Assembly: GCA_049319825.1 (NCBI GenBank)
Contig: JBMORT010000002.1
Span: forward strand, 15,550-79,549
Direction: 5' to 3'
Source of the DNA: Patescibacteria group bacterium
Lineage (GTDB): Bacteria; Patescibacteriota; Patescibacteriia; UBA11705; DATKZF01
DNA: 64,000 bases
The notes below the pieces were generated by a model. It ran no database searches, had not been told where the DNA came from, and saw only the letters and a list, made by a program, of their open reading frames with translations. This document shows, one piece after another, positions 19,604 through 29,128 of this stretch. The first letter of the stretch is position 1, and each line of letters begins with the position of its first letter. The position numbers were made by a program, and so were the translations under genes.

Positions 19604-21343
19604 TCAGTTGGCGAATACCTCGGGTCCCAGTTCTCGGACGGCGCTCAGCCGGACTTCGGCGGTTTGTAATTTATTCAATTGCAGCTGTCCCGCCGCCTCA
19701 ACCGGAGTTAACGAGAAGTTAAGTCCGCCATCATTTTTAAAAAACATTTCATCTTCAAAAGCGACGACCAATTCTTCGCTTATTTTTTGATCGTTTTTAT
19801 ATTGGCGCAGTAAAAAATAATTGCCGAACCAGCTGGCGAAAGCGTCACTCAATCTAATATTGATTAAATCTTCACCGGCTTGCGCGCTATCGGCGTCAGT
19901 GGTATACAATAAAAATTTGCCTTGGCTGAATTTCAAGCGCAAATCGTTTGCCGCGATGAATTTCTTTATATTGGCCAATCCGGTCGCGGAAAAACCTTCG
20001 GCTTGATAAAACCGTTCATGCAAAAGCAGCGGCGCCAATTCAGACTGATCAATGATCAGAAAATCAACAGCCGGCGGCTCGTATTTTTTTTGGGAAAATT
20101 GCTGGTGACCATCATAAATTTTTTCGAGTGAATAAATTTGGCGGCCGGAAGAGAGCGGTGCGTATAGCGCCGATGGCGCAACGCCAATCTTCGATGATTC
20201 AATCAGGCCGCTGATCCGGCCGACGCTGTCGCGCGCGGTCTGCTCGGCCGATTTTATGCCCCAAAAAGGACCCATGACGATCTGCAAATATATTAAAAGA
20301 ATAATGATCGTCGGCACGGCGATTTGCCGAAACATTTCCGCCACGCGATTATGGGATTTTCGGCTTTCGAATTCAGCCAAGGTTTTGATAACGGCGATAA
20401 ACCCCGGAATTAGCAGCGGTGCGCCATAGTGGATGTTAATGACGCCCGAGCCAAACGCCGCGGCCAATAACAAATAATAAAACGCGCCCATCAGATAATG
20501 GCGCGGGTTAAATAATGGAATAAAACCAAGCGGTAAAAAAATCTGTAACAATAATTCCAGCTGCTTGAAATTGAAAAAATGTGCGATTGCTTGTTGCCAA
20601 TCATGGCGCCATTGAAAATAAATCAAGAATTTGTTCGATTCGTTGTTAAAGAAGCGTATCAGCATCCAAGCGGCGAGCATCCATACAAGGCCGGCGGCAA
20701 AACACCATATTACCTGTTTATCCTTGATCGCTTTTTTTATTCCGTTTGCTCTAAACTGTTCATAAAATATGTAGGCACCCATTCCCCAAATAAACAAACC
20801 CATGTCTTCACGAACAACCAAGCAGAGAATGGTGAAAACAATAAATAATAAATTTTTCCTTGTTTCATAAAAATAAAAAAGCCAAAACCCGAAAAAAAAT
20901 AAAAACGGCAACCAGTGAAATTCGAATAAATTCATGCCGATGATAAAAGGATTGAACAAATACAGCGCGGCCGCCAACAAACTTTTTTTCGCGCTTAAAC
21001 GCCGCCGAGCGATCAAGTAGAGCGGCCATGCTGCCAGCCCGATAATGATGGTTTGCAAAAACAACAAAAACACCGGTGATGGCCAAAGGTGAAAAATCGG
21101 ATAAAAAATGAAAAACATCAATGAAAAATGGTCGGCAAAATAGGTGGCGCCCTGAATCGGCACGAACAATAAATTGCCATGATCAAGGCTGTTTAAAGCT
21201 TGAAAAAAAATGGCTAAATCGACGCAATTGTAATGGTAATTGAAATACTTAAACAAACAAACGCCAAAGACCGCGATAATATACAGGACAATCATGGCGG
21301 CCAAATAAAATCGACTGCTCATAAATTTATCTTCGCTTATCAT
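19604..21343 (-). CDS. DUF2079-like polytopic membrane protein
   Basis: N-terminal CVDLAIFFQALNSLDHGN...ADHFSLMFFIFYPIFHLWPSP...LQTIIIGLAAWPLY matches the DUF2079 pattern (DLgiFdQ...GdHfspil...Psp). Alternative start at 21322. Confidence 0.55.
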   Translation of the reverse strand: MISEDKFMSSRFYLAAMIVLYIIAVFGVCLFKYFNYHYNCVDLAIFFQALNSLDHGNLLFVPIQGATYFADHFSLMFFIFYPIFHLWPSPVFLLFLQTIIIGLAAWPLYLIARRRLSAKKSLLAAALYLFNPFIIGMNLFEFHWLPFLFFFGFWLFYFYETRKNLLFIVFTILCLVVREDMGLFIWGMGAYIFYEQFRANGIKKAIKDKQVIWCFAAGLVWMLAAWMLIRFFNNESNKFLIYFQWRHDWQQAIAHFFNFKQLELLLQIFLPLGFIPLFNPRHYLMGAFYYLLLAAAFGSGVINIHYGAPLLIPGFIAVIKTLAEFESRKSHNRVAEMFRQIAVPTIIILLIYLQIVMGPFWGIKSAEQTARDSVGRISGLIESSKIGVAPSALYAPLSSGRQIYSLEKIYDGHQQFSQKKYEPPAVDFLIIDQSELAPLLLHERFYQAEGFSATGLANIKKFIAANDLRLKFSQGKFLLYTTDADSAQAGEDLINIRLSDAFASWFGNYFLLRQYKNDQKISEELVVAFEDEMFFKNDGGLNFSLTPVEAAGQLQLNKLQTAEVRLSAVRELGPEVFAN

Positions 21344-21421
21344 TATAGCAAACCCCCCGAAAATTAATATAAAAATCGTCTGAGAATAAGACGATTTTTA
21401 ACGTATTGATGACGAAAAACT

Positions 21422-21811
21422 TTATCCTTGAACGGCGGTCAGCAGTTCGCCAACCACGTAATTGGTAATGGCATACGCCAGCAAAATGATTATCAAGCCG
21501 ATAATGCCGTTGACAATCCAGCTTTTGGCCTTTTTCGTTTGATCCTCATCGCCACCGGCGGTCATCCACAACCAGCCTCCGTAAATGATTACGATTAAAA
21601 GCACGACTCCCAAAAATCCCAGCACGATTTTGATGATGGTCCCAATGGTTGCCGGCAATGATTTGGTGGTGGCGAATTCCCCCAATCCAGTGCCCACTTC
21701 CCCCAATTGCCCTTGAATCTGCGACTGCGCCAGCGCGGGTAGTCCCATGCTTAGAGACAAAATGGTGATCATGATCACCGGCAAAAAAGTTCTGATTAAT
21801 TTTTTGCTCAT
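21422..21811 (-). CDS. VirB2/TrbC-like pilin family small membrane protein (paralog 1 of 6)
   Basis: Signal/TM, then the conserved core IIKIVLGFLGVVLLIVIIYGGWLWMTAGGDEDQTKKAKSWIVNGIIGLIIILLAYAITNYV shared with five downstream paralogs. Start at ATG 21811; the ORF runs to 21871. Confidence 0.6.
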   Translation of the reverse strand: MSKKLIRTFLPVIMITILSLSMGLPALAQSQIQGQLGEVGTGLGEFATTKSLPATIGTIIKIVLGFLGVVLLIVIIYGGWLWMTAGGDEDQTKKAKSWIVNGIIGLIIILLAYAITNYVVGELLTAVQG

Positions 21812-21876
21812 AATTTCCAAGATGTTAATTATTGACAAGTATATTATAAACTTTTTTAAAACCTGATGCAAACGAT

Positions 21877-22251
21877 TTATCCCGCCGCCGTCGAAATTTG
21901 CTGGACCACGTAACTGGTTATGGCGTAGGCCATCAGCGTGATGGCCAATCCGATCATACCGTTAATTATTCTCGCTTTGGCTTTGCGCACCTGATCCTCG
22001 TCGCCGCCGGCCGTCATCCATAAAAATCCGGCATAAACCAAAATTATCAACAGTACCACGCCCAATGCGCTCAGAAAAAAATAAATGACCGTTCCGATTA
22101 TCACCGTCGGCTCCTGGGATTTCAGCCCGGCCCGTCCGGCGGTTTCATCCAGCCCGGTGCTGACGGCTTGACCGATCAGCGGCGCCGTCACCGCTGAAAT
22201 GATGACCGCCAACAGGGAAATAATCAATGTTTTTTTTAAAAATTTGCTCAT
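21877..22251 (-). CDS. VirB2/TrbC-like pilin family small membrane protein (paralog 2)
   Basis: Core GFLWMTAGGDEDQVRKAKARIINGMIGLAITLMAYAITSYV. Confidence 0.6.
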   Translation of the reverse strand: MSKFLKKTLIISLLAVIISAVTAPLIGQAVSTGLDETAGRAGLKSQEPTVIIGTVIYFFLSALGVVLLIILVYAGFLWMTAGGDEDQVRKAKARIINGMIGLAITLMAYAITSYVVQQISTAAG

Positions 22252-22256
22252 ATTTA

Positions 22257-22598
22257 TTACTGAAGAGGAATTAACACCCGGGTCATCACATAGGATAATA
22301 TCGCATATGACGACAAAATGATTGCCAGCCCGATAATGCCGTTAAATATATAATTTCGACCGCGCCGAACCTGTTCTTCTTCGCCGCCGGCCGTCATCCA
22401 CAAAAAACCTCCGTAAATGACCACGACCAGTAAAGCCACGCCGACAAAACCCAAAATATATTCCAAAATATTGCCGATCAGTACCGGTAAATTTTCTTGC
22501 CGGCCGACACCGGCTTCTTTGGCCGCGGTTTCCAACCCCTGTTCAACCTGAACCGCCGCCAATCGGGCCGAACCTAAAATATGTTTATATATGTCCAT
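22257..22598 (-). CDS. VirB2/TrbC-like pilin family small membrane protein (paralog 3)
   Basis: Core GGFLWMTAGGEEEQVRRGRNYIFNGIIGLAIILSSYAILSYV. Confidence 0.6.
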   Translation of the reverse strand: MDIYKHILGSARLAAVQVEQGLETAAKEAGVGRQENLPVLIGNILEYILGFVGVALLVVVIYGGFLWMTAGGEEEQVRRGRNYIFNGIIGLAIILSSYAILSYVMTRVLIPLQ

Positions 22599-22686
22599 AG
22601 TCGCTGAATGAAATCTCCCCGCGAAAAAATTTCACGGAGAAATTTCAAGGGCAGAGTACCCAGCTGGCATCACTCTGCCCAAAAAA

Positions 22687-23079
22687 TTAATCGTTACCGC
22701 CGCCTTCAACGGTAGCAGAAATCAGCGACTCGATGACAAATGTGGTAATGGCGTAAGCGGCCAAGATTATGGCCAATCCAATAATGCCGGAAATAAGCCA
22801 TTTTTTAGCTTCACCGACTTTTTCCTCGCTACCACCAGCGGTCATCCACTTGAATCCGCCGATCAGCATGATGATAATCGCCACCACGCCTAAAAATCCC
22901 AGAACGGTTTTGATGATCGAACCGATCACCGCTCTAAGATCGCGGGTTGAATATCCGACTTCAGACTGAATCGGCTCCAGCCCGACATCGATTTGAGCGG
23001 CGGCGATTAAAGGCATAACCGCCAAAAACAACGCGCCCAAAACCATCAACACCGGAATAAACTTTTGAATTTTGTTCAT
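22687..23079 (-). CDS. VirB2/TrbC-like pilin family small membrane protein (paralog 4)
   Basis: Core GGFKWMTAGGSEEKVGEAKKWLISGIIGLAIILAAYAITTFV. Confidence 0.6.
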   Translation of the reverse strand: MNKIQKFIPVLMVLGALFLAVMPLIAAAQIDVGLEPIQSEVGYSTRDLRAVIGSIIKTVLGFLGVVAIIIMLIGGFKWMTAGGSEEKVGEAKKWLISGIIGLAIILAAYAITTFVIESLISATVEGGGND

Positions 23080-23121
23080 AGTTTTTTTTTGTTTTATTAA
23101 TTATCGACCTTTTATAAATTA

Positions 23122-23958
23122 TTATTGAAAAGCTTCACGGCACAGAGCGCGGCAGGATCTCAGCCGGGACTGGGCCGCGGTTTCGCACTCGGCCACGGAT
23201 TTGTACCCGGCGCTTTCAGCCAGCGGCAGATTTTTGCAATCCAATTGTATTTTTTCATCGTACTTATTCTGACAATCAGCCAAACAAGCGGAAGTCTGCT
23301 GCTGCTGATCCTGAATGACTTGAGATCTATTGGTTATTCCCGAAATCACCGCGGAAACAATGGCGTAGCTGCTAAATATCACCACCAAGCCGAGCACCGC
23401 CCAAATCATCGTGCCTCTGGCTTTTTTCAATTTATCTTCGCTGCCGCCGGAAGTCAGCCACAGCACGCCGCCGTAGATGAATAATACCAGCGCCAATGAT
23501 CCGATAACTCCCAAAAATACCTTCAAGATATTACCGACCAGCGTGGGCATGCTGCTTTGGATCAATTGACCCTTGATTTCCGGATTCCCCAGAAATCGGT
23601 CAACCGCCGACTGCGCTTCACCAAGGCCGACTGCCTGTTCGACGGCCGGCGCCGCGGTCGTGGGCGCGGGTGGAGTGGCAGTACAAGTCAAATTGGCTCC
23701 GCCGGCGAGCGATTCCATACCAAGCAGATCCAAAATTTCAGCCTCGCTGCAAGACCCGACCGGCACGTTTCCTTTTAATTCGCAAACGCAATCAGTTCCA
23801 CTCCAGACGCAACCAACGGTTTGCGTTTGGTTGCACGCGGCCTCGGAAAGCTCAACCGTTCCAGAACAAGTGCACTCGACTTCTTGAGCCAACGAACTAA
23901 TTGGAAATATTAAAACGACAAATATCGCTGTAAAAATAAAAAGTATTTTCATACTCAC
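23122..23958 (-). CDS. VirB2/TrbC-like pilin family protein with Cys-rich N- and C-terminal extensions (paralog 5)
   Basis: Core GGVLWLTSGGSEDKLKKARGTMIWAVLGLVVIFSSYAIVSAV, flanked by a Cys-rich N-terminal region (CTCSGTVELSEAACNQTQTVGCVWSGTDCVC) and a Cys-rich C-terminal tail. Confidence 0.55.
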   Translation of the reverse strand: MSMKILFIFTAIFVVLIFPISSLAQEVECTCSGTVELSEAACNQTQTVGCVWSGTDCVCELKGNVPVGSCSEAEILDLLGMESLAGGANLTCTATPPAPTTAAPAVEQAVGLGEAQSAVDRFLGNPEIKGQLIQSSMPTLVGNILKVFLGVIGSLALVLFIYGGVLWLTSGGSEDKLKKARGTMIWAVLGLVVIFSSYAIVSAVISGITNRSQVIQDQQQQTSACLADCQNKYDEKIQLDCKNLPLAESAGYKSVAECETAAQSRLRSCRALCREAFQ

Positions 23959-24302
23959 CCCTGCAATGCCTGCAGGACGAATTTAATAATGACGCCGGCG
24001 CCAAGGATCAGCGCCAGGCCGATGGCCGAACTGGTTAGAATTTTGGTGGCCTGCTGAACCCGGCTTTCATTGCCGCCGGAAAATATGTATAAAAATCCTC
24101 CGATCACAAACATTAATAAAGCGATGGAGCCGCTGATGCCCAAAATAATGGCGGCGATATTGCCCAAAACCGTTTCAATCGAACTGAGCGAGCAGTCTTT
24201 CGCGTCGCCCTTGCATGCAGCCGGCACTAAGGTAGGCAACGCGGCGCTGGCCGGCAGAGCTATCAATAAGGATAATATCATCGCGTAAAGATATTTTCTC
24301 AT
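23955..24302 (-). CDS. VirB2/TrbC-like pilin family small membrane protein (paralog 6, divergent)
   Basis: GGFLYIFSGGNESRVQQATKILTSSAIGLALILGAGVII. The core is divergent but recognisable. It overlaps paralog 5 by 4 nt. Confidence 0.5.
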   Translation of the reverse strand: MRKYLYAMILSLLIALPASAALPTLVPAACKGDAKDCSLSSIETVLGNIAAIILGISGSIALLMFVIGGFLYIFSGGNESRVQQATKILTSSAIGLALILGAGVIIKFVLQALQG

Positions 24303-24307
24303 AAAAA

Positions 24308-25690
24308 TTATTGTCGCCAGGTTAACCTGATGCGCTGGACAGCCAGCTTGACGGCATCACTTAGCTTTGTCCCCTCCAGCACGGAATTCACCATGTCTTT
24401 AAATATTGATTCAGCCGCTTCGGAATCTTTGCCGCGATACCAGCTTTTAGCGGTTAATACCTGGTCGGCGAACACATCCAAGTCCGGATCCTGAAGCTGC
24501 TTATTGATCAAGGCGCGCAGGGCGGTCGGACGGTTGGCCGAGGCCAAATATTTTTCCGCTTCGGTCTGTGAGGTGGCAAAATATATAAAATTCCAGGCAT
24601 GAGAAACGTTCTTTGATTTTTTTGAAACCGTCTCCACCCAATAATTGGCGTAGTTGGTTCTATTTTTTTCATCAACCTGCGGCATGCTGGCGATCTCATA
24701 ATTCAGCTTTGGCGCTCTGGAATTTATCACCGGTATATGATAGGAATATCCGAAAAATATGGCTGCTTGGCCGGAAATGAACGCGTCCAGAGAATTAGAC
24801 GAATCCTGATTCCAGGTATAAACGCCTTTATCAATCATCGAGAAACTGGTATAAAAATCCAAGGCTTCCAATCCGGGGGCCGAGGTCAAGCCTGATCCGG
24901 CGGGAATTTCATCAAATGTGACATTGCCTGATTTTGTCGCCATGGCCGTGCCGTTTTGCATCATCAATAAAGACAAGATGTCGAAAAATCTGGTCACGTT
25001 ATCGGCCGCTCCCATCGCCGCGCCCGAAATCAAGATATTGCCGTCAGTGTCCTTGGTGGTTAATCTTTGAACAGCGGAAATAAAGTCATTCCAATTTCTC
25101 GGCGGCTGGGGAATGTTGGCATTATTGAACAAATCACGGTTATAAAACATCACCAGGCTGTCCAAGTATAGCGGCAAACCGAAAATCCGATCTTGTGTTG
25201 TCGTGTCGGAGCTGTCAGGCCACACCACGTCTTCAGCCACCACTTCTGGAAATATCGCGCTCACATCCTTTACCCCCAGCGGGACAATGTCTTCGGTGAC
25301 GGTGGTTTCTTTGCTTCTGAGGCCGGTTTCAACCACTTTCCTCGACAACCTCATACGATTCGGCAGCGGAGTGATTTTAGGTAAATATTCGTTCACCCAG
25401 GTATTGTGAATTTGAAAAATATCCGGGCCGCGATCCTCGGCAAAAGCTTCAAGCAGTTCTTTTTCATACTCCTCGAATCTGAATTTTCGATAATTAATGG
25501 TAACATTGGGATATTTCAGCCGATAATCGCTGATAATGGTCTGAATGTCGTCCGGTTCATGCCACACGCCCCAATATTCCAAAGTTACCGGCGCGACGCT
25601 CGCCTGCTGGCCGCCGCCGCAGGTCAGACCGGTCGTCAATAAAAACACCAGCATCAGAGCGGACGAAAATATTTTAATTATTTTTTTCAT
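24308..25690 (-). CDS. ABC transporter extracellular solute-binding lipoprotein (family 1, sugar-type)
   Basis: Lipoprotein signal MKKIIKIFSSALMLVFLLTTGLTCGGG and an SBP_bac_1-like body. Start at ATG 25690. Confidence 0.7.
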   Translation of the reverse strand: MKKIIKIFSSALMLVFLLTTGLTCGGGQQASVAPVTLEYWGVWHEPDDIQTIISDYRLKYPNVTINYRKFRFEEYEKELLEAFAEDRGPDIFQIHNTWVNEYLPKITPLPNRMRLSRKVVETGLRSKETTVTEDIVPLGVKDVSAIFPEVVAEDVVWPDSSDTTTQDRIFGLPLYLDSLVMFYNRDLFNNANIPQPPRNWNDFISAVQRLTTKDTDGNILISGAAMGAADNVTRFFDILSLLMMQNGTAMATKSGNVTFDEIPAGSGLTSAPGLEALDFYTSFSMIDKGVYTWNQDSSNSLDAFISGQAAIFFGYSYHIPVINSRAPKLNYEIASMPQVDEKNRTNYANYWVETVSKKSKNVSHAWNFIYFATSQTEAEKYLASANRPTALRALINKQLQDPDLDVFADQVLTAKSWYRGKDSEAAESIFKDMVNSVLEGTKLSDAVKLAVQRIRLTWRQ

Positions 25691-25742
25691 AAACCAATTT
25701 TTTTTAAATTTTATAATTATGCCGGGCACGCTGCCCTAGCGA

Positions 25743-26615
25743 TTAATCCACCACTGTTTTTAAATAATCCAAAAATTCTTCTCGCAAATTTTTATTCTTT
25801 AATCCAAAATGGACATTGGCTCTCAAATATCCGTGCTTATTGCCGCAGTCATAATATTCACCTTCAAATTCCTGAGCGAAGCCGGGCTCTTTTTTCAGCA
25901 ATTTATTAAAACCGTCAGTGAACCAAATTTCACCGGACTTGCCCATCTTTACCTTTTCCAATTCATCAAAAATTTCCGGAGAGAGAATATAGCGCATGCC
26001 TAAAATCGCCAAGTTCGACGGAGCCTTTTCAATATCGGGCTTTTCCACCAAACCTTTTATTTTGTGAATATTTCCTTCGGAAGAAATCGGGTCGGCGATG
26101 CCATAACGGTTGACTATGTCGCGCTCAACTTGTTTGACGCCTACGTAATTTCCCTTTCTTTTATAATAACTGTCGAGTAATTGCTTGGTCACCGGCACTT
26201 TACTTTCGATTATGCTGTCGCCATCCGATAAAACGAACGGCTCGTCGCCAATCACCTCCCTGGCCATCAGTACCGCATGGCCGTTGCCGAGGGGCTTATT
26301 CTGCCTGACATAAATAAATTTGGCCATGTTGGATATATTGCGCACCATTTTTAAAATATCTTCTTTTCCCTTACCTTCAAGCAAGTGTTCGAGTTCAAAA
26401 GATGGATCAAAATGATCCTCGATGGCGCGCTTGGTTCTGCCGGTCACAAAAACAATCTCTTTGATTCCCGAAGCGACCAATTCCTCCACGATGTATTGAA
26501 TCACCGGTTTATCGACCACCGTTAACATTTCCTTGGGTTGGGCAATGGTCGCCGGCAAAAAGCGCGTGCCAAAACCGGCCGCGATAATGACCGCCTTTTG
26601 TATTTCTTTCGGCAT
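25743..26615 (-). CDS. galU: UTP--glucose-1-phosphate uridylyltransferase
   Basis: AVIIAAGFGTRFLPATIAQPKEMLTVVDKPVIQYIVEE is the nucleotidyltransferase signature. Start at ATG 26615. Confidence 0.85.
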   Translation of the reverse strand: MPKEIQKAVIIAAGFGTRFLPATIAQPKEMLTVVDKPVIQYIVEELVASGIKEIVFVTGRTKRAIEDHFDPSFELEHLLEGKGKEDILKMVRNISNMAKFIYVRQNKPLGNGHAVLMAREVIGDEPFVLSDGDSIIESKVPVTKQLLDSYYKRKGNYVGVKQVERDIVNRYGIADPISSEGNIHKIKGLVEKPDIEKAPSNLAILGMRYILSPEIFDELEKVKMGKSGEIWFTDGFNKLLKKEPGFAQEFEGEYYDCGNKHGYLRANVHFGLKNKNLREEFLDYLKTVVD

Positions 26616-26829
26616 AAATATAAAAATGGCAATACGCTGTATTAAATTTATTTTACCATATTTTGACGCGCTGGTATAAAAAGTTATAAACATCAATAAA
26701 AATAAAAAGTGATATTGAAAAATAAAATAAAAAAAATAACAATAGCGCGCCCTTGAACGATAAAATTGTTATCTGGTGGTTATGATTTTTTCAATGCTTA
26801 AAAACTTGACATAAATTGATTTTTTTGTC

Positions 26830-27804
26830 ATGATATATTCATGGAATACGGCCAAACAGGAGGGAAAGATGCTGCCAGAAAAATATCATTATTTCAGGAT
26901 AATACTGAACCTGTGGCTCGATTCCCAGACCCCGAAGGAATTTCTTCAAGCGTTTCTTCGACAAATCGTCGGCCCTGATTTCAATGCGGATCGCATCGGC
27001 ATCTTTCAATTTTCCAACGGCGATATCGAATTCATTTTCGGCATCGGCGATCCTTTGCCAAATCAGCATGAATTGCTAAACATCAATGTCCAAGAATTGA
27101 CGGCGGTCGGCGAACTGTCTGTTCCCACCGCCGGCATCGGCTTCGATTATTATGTTCGCGCCGGCAAATTCATCTTCGGTTTTGATGATACGCTGACCAA
27201 TCGTGAATTTTCAGCGACCGAAAAGCTGGAGTTAAAGGAAATTTCCGTCTACTTGTCTCGGCTCTTAACCGCGAAAATAAAAGATGCGGGCATCAAGCAC
27301 GCGGCCATTTTCGATGAATTGACCGGGCTGGAAAGAAGAGGTCAAGGGTTGCTCCGGCTCCAGCAGCTGCTCAGGGAAATCAGAGAGGGCATTCGATCAA
27401 AACTGGTGGTGGCGATTTTGGATATCGATCATTTCAAACGGATCAATGACAAGCTCGGACACGCTGTCGGCGATCATGTCTTGATCCATGTCGCCTCGAT
27501 CACCAAAGAGATTGTCGAGGCCGGTGGCGGCCATGTCTCCCGAATCGGCGGCGAAGAATTTCTCATCTTGGTTGAACGCGAAGATTGTCTGGAAAAAGTC
27601 AGACAGACTATCGAATCCTCGCCCACGCGAGACAACGGATTCGCCCTTAATCCAACGGTCAGCATCGGCTACGTCTCGATCGATACGACGCTGGCCGGGC
27701 AAAAAGATATCGACCGACAGGTCCTGAAAGCCGCGGACAAAGCCTTGTACGCGGTTAAGGAATCCGGGAAAAACCGAACAATGAACGGCAACCAATTTCT
27801 ATAA
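26830..27804 (+). CDS. GGDEF-domain diguanylate cyclase with N-terminal sensory (GAF-like) region
   Basis: RIGGEEFLIL active-site motif, upstream DIDHFKRINDKLGH, downstream KALYAVKESGKNR. Confidence 0.75.
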   Translation: MIYSWNTAKQEGKMLPEKYHYFRIILNLWLDSQTPKEFLQAFLRQIVGPDFNADRIGIFQFSNGDIEFIFGIGDPLPNQHELLNINVQELTAVGELSVPTAGIGFDYYVRAGKFIFGFDDTLTNREFSATEKLELKEISVYLSRLLTAKIKDAGIKHAAIFDELTGLERRGQGLLRLQQLLREIREGIRSKLVVAILDIDHFKRINDKLGHAVGDHVLIHVASITKEIVEAGGGHVSRIGGEEFLILVEREDCLEKVRQTIESSPTRDNGFALNPTVSIGYVSIDTTLAGQKDIDRQVLKAADKALYAVKESGKNRTMNGNQFL

Positions 27805-27872
27805 AAGATATTTACGCAATTGCCCTCGGGCCAGTCAAATCGGCCAGAGGGTATTATCCTGAATATCTTTAT

Positions 27873-28298
27873 ATGCACCGATTTTTAGAAAAGCTAAAAT
27901 CGACGGATAAAATCAAGCTTACCAAATCGGCCTTTTTGGAAATTATCGGTTTTATTCTTTCACCATTCAGCTGGTGGAACGATCTGCTGATAAACGTACC
28001 GCTGGCGTATTTGCTAACCTGGCCGATCGCCAAACTGGTTCATCTTTTTTTGCCGGTCAGTTTCGAATTATATTTAGGTATTTTCATTTTTAACTACTGG
28101 GTCACGAATTTAGCCGGACTCTTGATGATGCACTACGGGGTGCTCTGCCTTCGCGGAAAAAAGTTGAGCAAAAAAGAAATGGCGATTTCCTTCGGCGTGG
28201 CGTTGATTTATACGATAATCATTGCCGTTGTCGCCAGCCGCACTGATCTTAAAAATATTTTGATCGCTAATCATATTTTCCCGTCCTGGCTTGATTGA
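27873..28298 (+). CDS. hypothetical small membrane protein
   Basis: 141-aa ORF with 3 or 4 predicted TM helices and consistent AT-rich codon usage. Confidence 0.45.
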   Translation: MHRFLEKLKSTDKIKLTKSAFLEIIGFILSPFSWWNDLLINVPLAYLLTWPIAKLVHLFLPVSFELYLGIFIFNYWVTNLAGLLMMHYGVLCLRGKKLSKKEMAISFGVALIYTIIIAVVASRTDLKNILIANHIFPSWLD

Positions 28299-28448
28299 AC
28301 AGCTTTCGCTCGCGCCGCGCTTTTTTTATTTTTAAATGAATTGCCAGTTGGCGAAGATTGTGATAAATATATATAAAAGTTGAATTTTTGTCAGGTAAGT
28401 CGGTGGTGATGCGAAATACAATTTTCCAATTAAAACCAAATTCCAAAC

Positions 28449-28519
28449 GGAGAGGCGGCCGAGTGGCTTTCGGCGCGGCTCTCGAAAAGCCGTAGGGCCG
28501 AAAGGTCCTCGTGAGTTCG
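28449..28519 (+). pseudogene. degenerate 5' fragment of a tRNA-Ser(CGA)-like gene
   Basis: GGAGAGGCGGCCGAGTGGCTTTCGGCGCGGCTCTCGAAAAGCCGTAGGGCCGAAAGGTCCTC reproduces the acceptor 5' half, D-arm, CGA anticodon arm and long variable arm. The T-arm is disrupted and there is no 3' acceptor strand. Confidence 0.6.
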
Positions 28520-28591
28520 CACCGAACCGGACTTCGCGCGGCGAAGACGTTTCGGGGCGCCCTGCACCGTGCTCTATAAATCTTTTATTGC

Positions 28592-28681
28592 GGAGGGATG
28601 GCCGAGTGGTTGAAGGCGCAGCTCTCGAAAAGCTGTAGGGGCGCAAGCTCCTCGTGGGTTCGAATCCCACTTCCTCCGCCA
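28592..28681 (+). tRNA. tRNA-Ser (anticodon CGA), CCA encoded
   Basis: GGAGGGATGGCCGAGTGG D-arm, anticodon loop CTCGAAA, long variable arm, GGTTCGAATCC T-loop, terminal CCA. Confidence 0.85.
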
Positions 28682-28816
28682 ATAGAGCACTGGTGCAGGG
28701 CGCCTGCCCGGCGGCGGATTGGAAAAAGTCGAATCATCCCAAAATACGACAGTGGTATAAAACGAGGCGGATTTAAAAAACCTAGCCGTTTTAACTTAAA
28801 AAGATGAAATGAAGAC

Positions 28817-29128
28817 ATGATCCAATTAATAACCTTAAAAATTATGGATAAAGAGAAAAATAATCATTCGGCTGATAACTCCGCGAAAGAAGGAAAATGG
28901 GAAATGAAATTCGAAAAAGAATGCCAAGACTGGGAAAAAAGAGGCAGACAACATAAATGTAATAGCCATTTTTTTGGCGGTGGATTTTACTTTTTCGGCA
29001 TCATTGCCTCTGCCGTATATTACATCCAGCAAGTTGACGGTTTTGGGCCGATAATTCTGGCGCTGCTGAAAGCGCTCGTCTGGCCGGTGCTGCTGATTTA
29101 TAAAATCTTTCAGCTTATCAACATGTAA
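28817..29128 (+). CDS. hypothetical small membrane protein
   Basis: 103-aa ORF with a charged N-terminal half and two hydrophobic helices at the C-terminus. Confidence 0.4.
   Translation: MIQLITLKIMDKEKNNHSADNSAKEGKWEMKFEKECQDWEKRGRQHKCNSHFFGGGFYFFGIIASAVYYIQQVDGFGPIILALLKALVWPVLLIYKIFQLINM

Noticed and set aside
28332-28818. Minus-strand ORFs of 116 and 77 aa across the tRNA-Ser locus
   Set aside because: They overlap a canonical tRNA and its degenerate copy. No coding signals.
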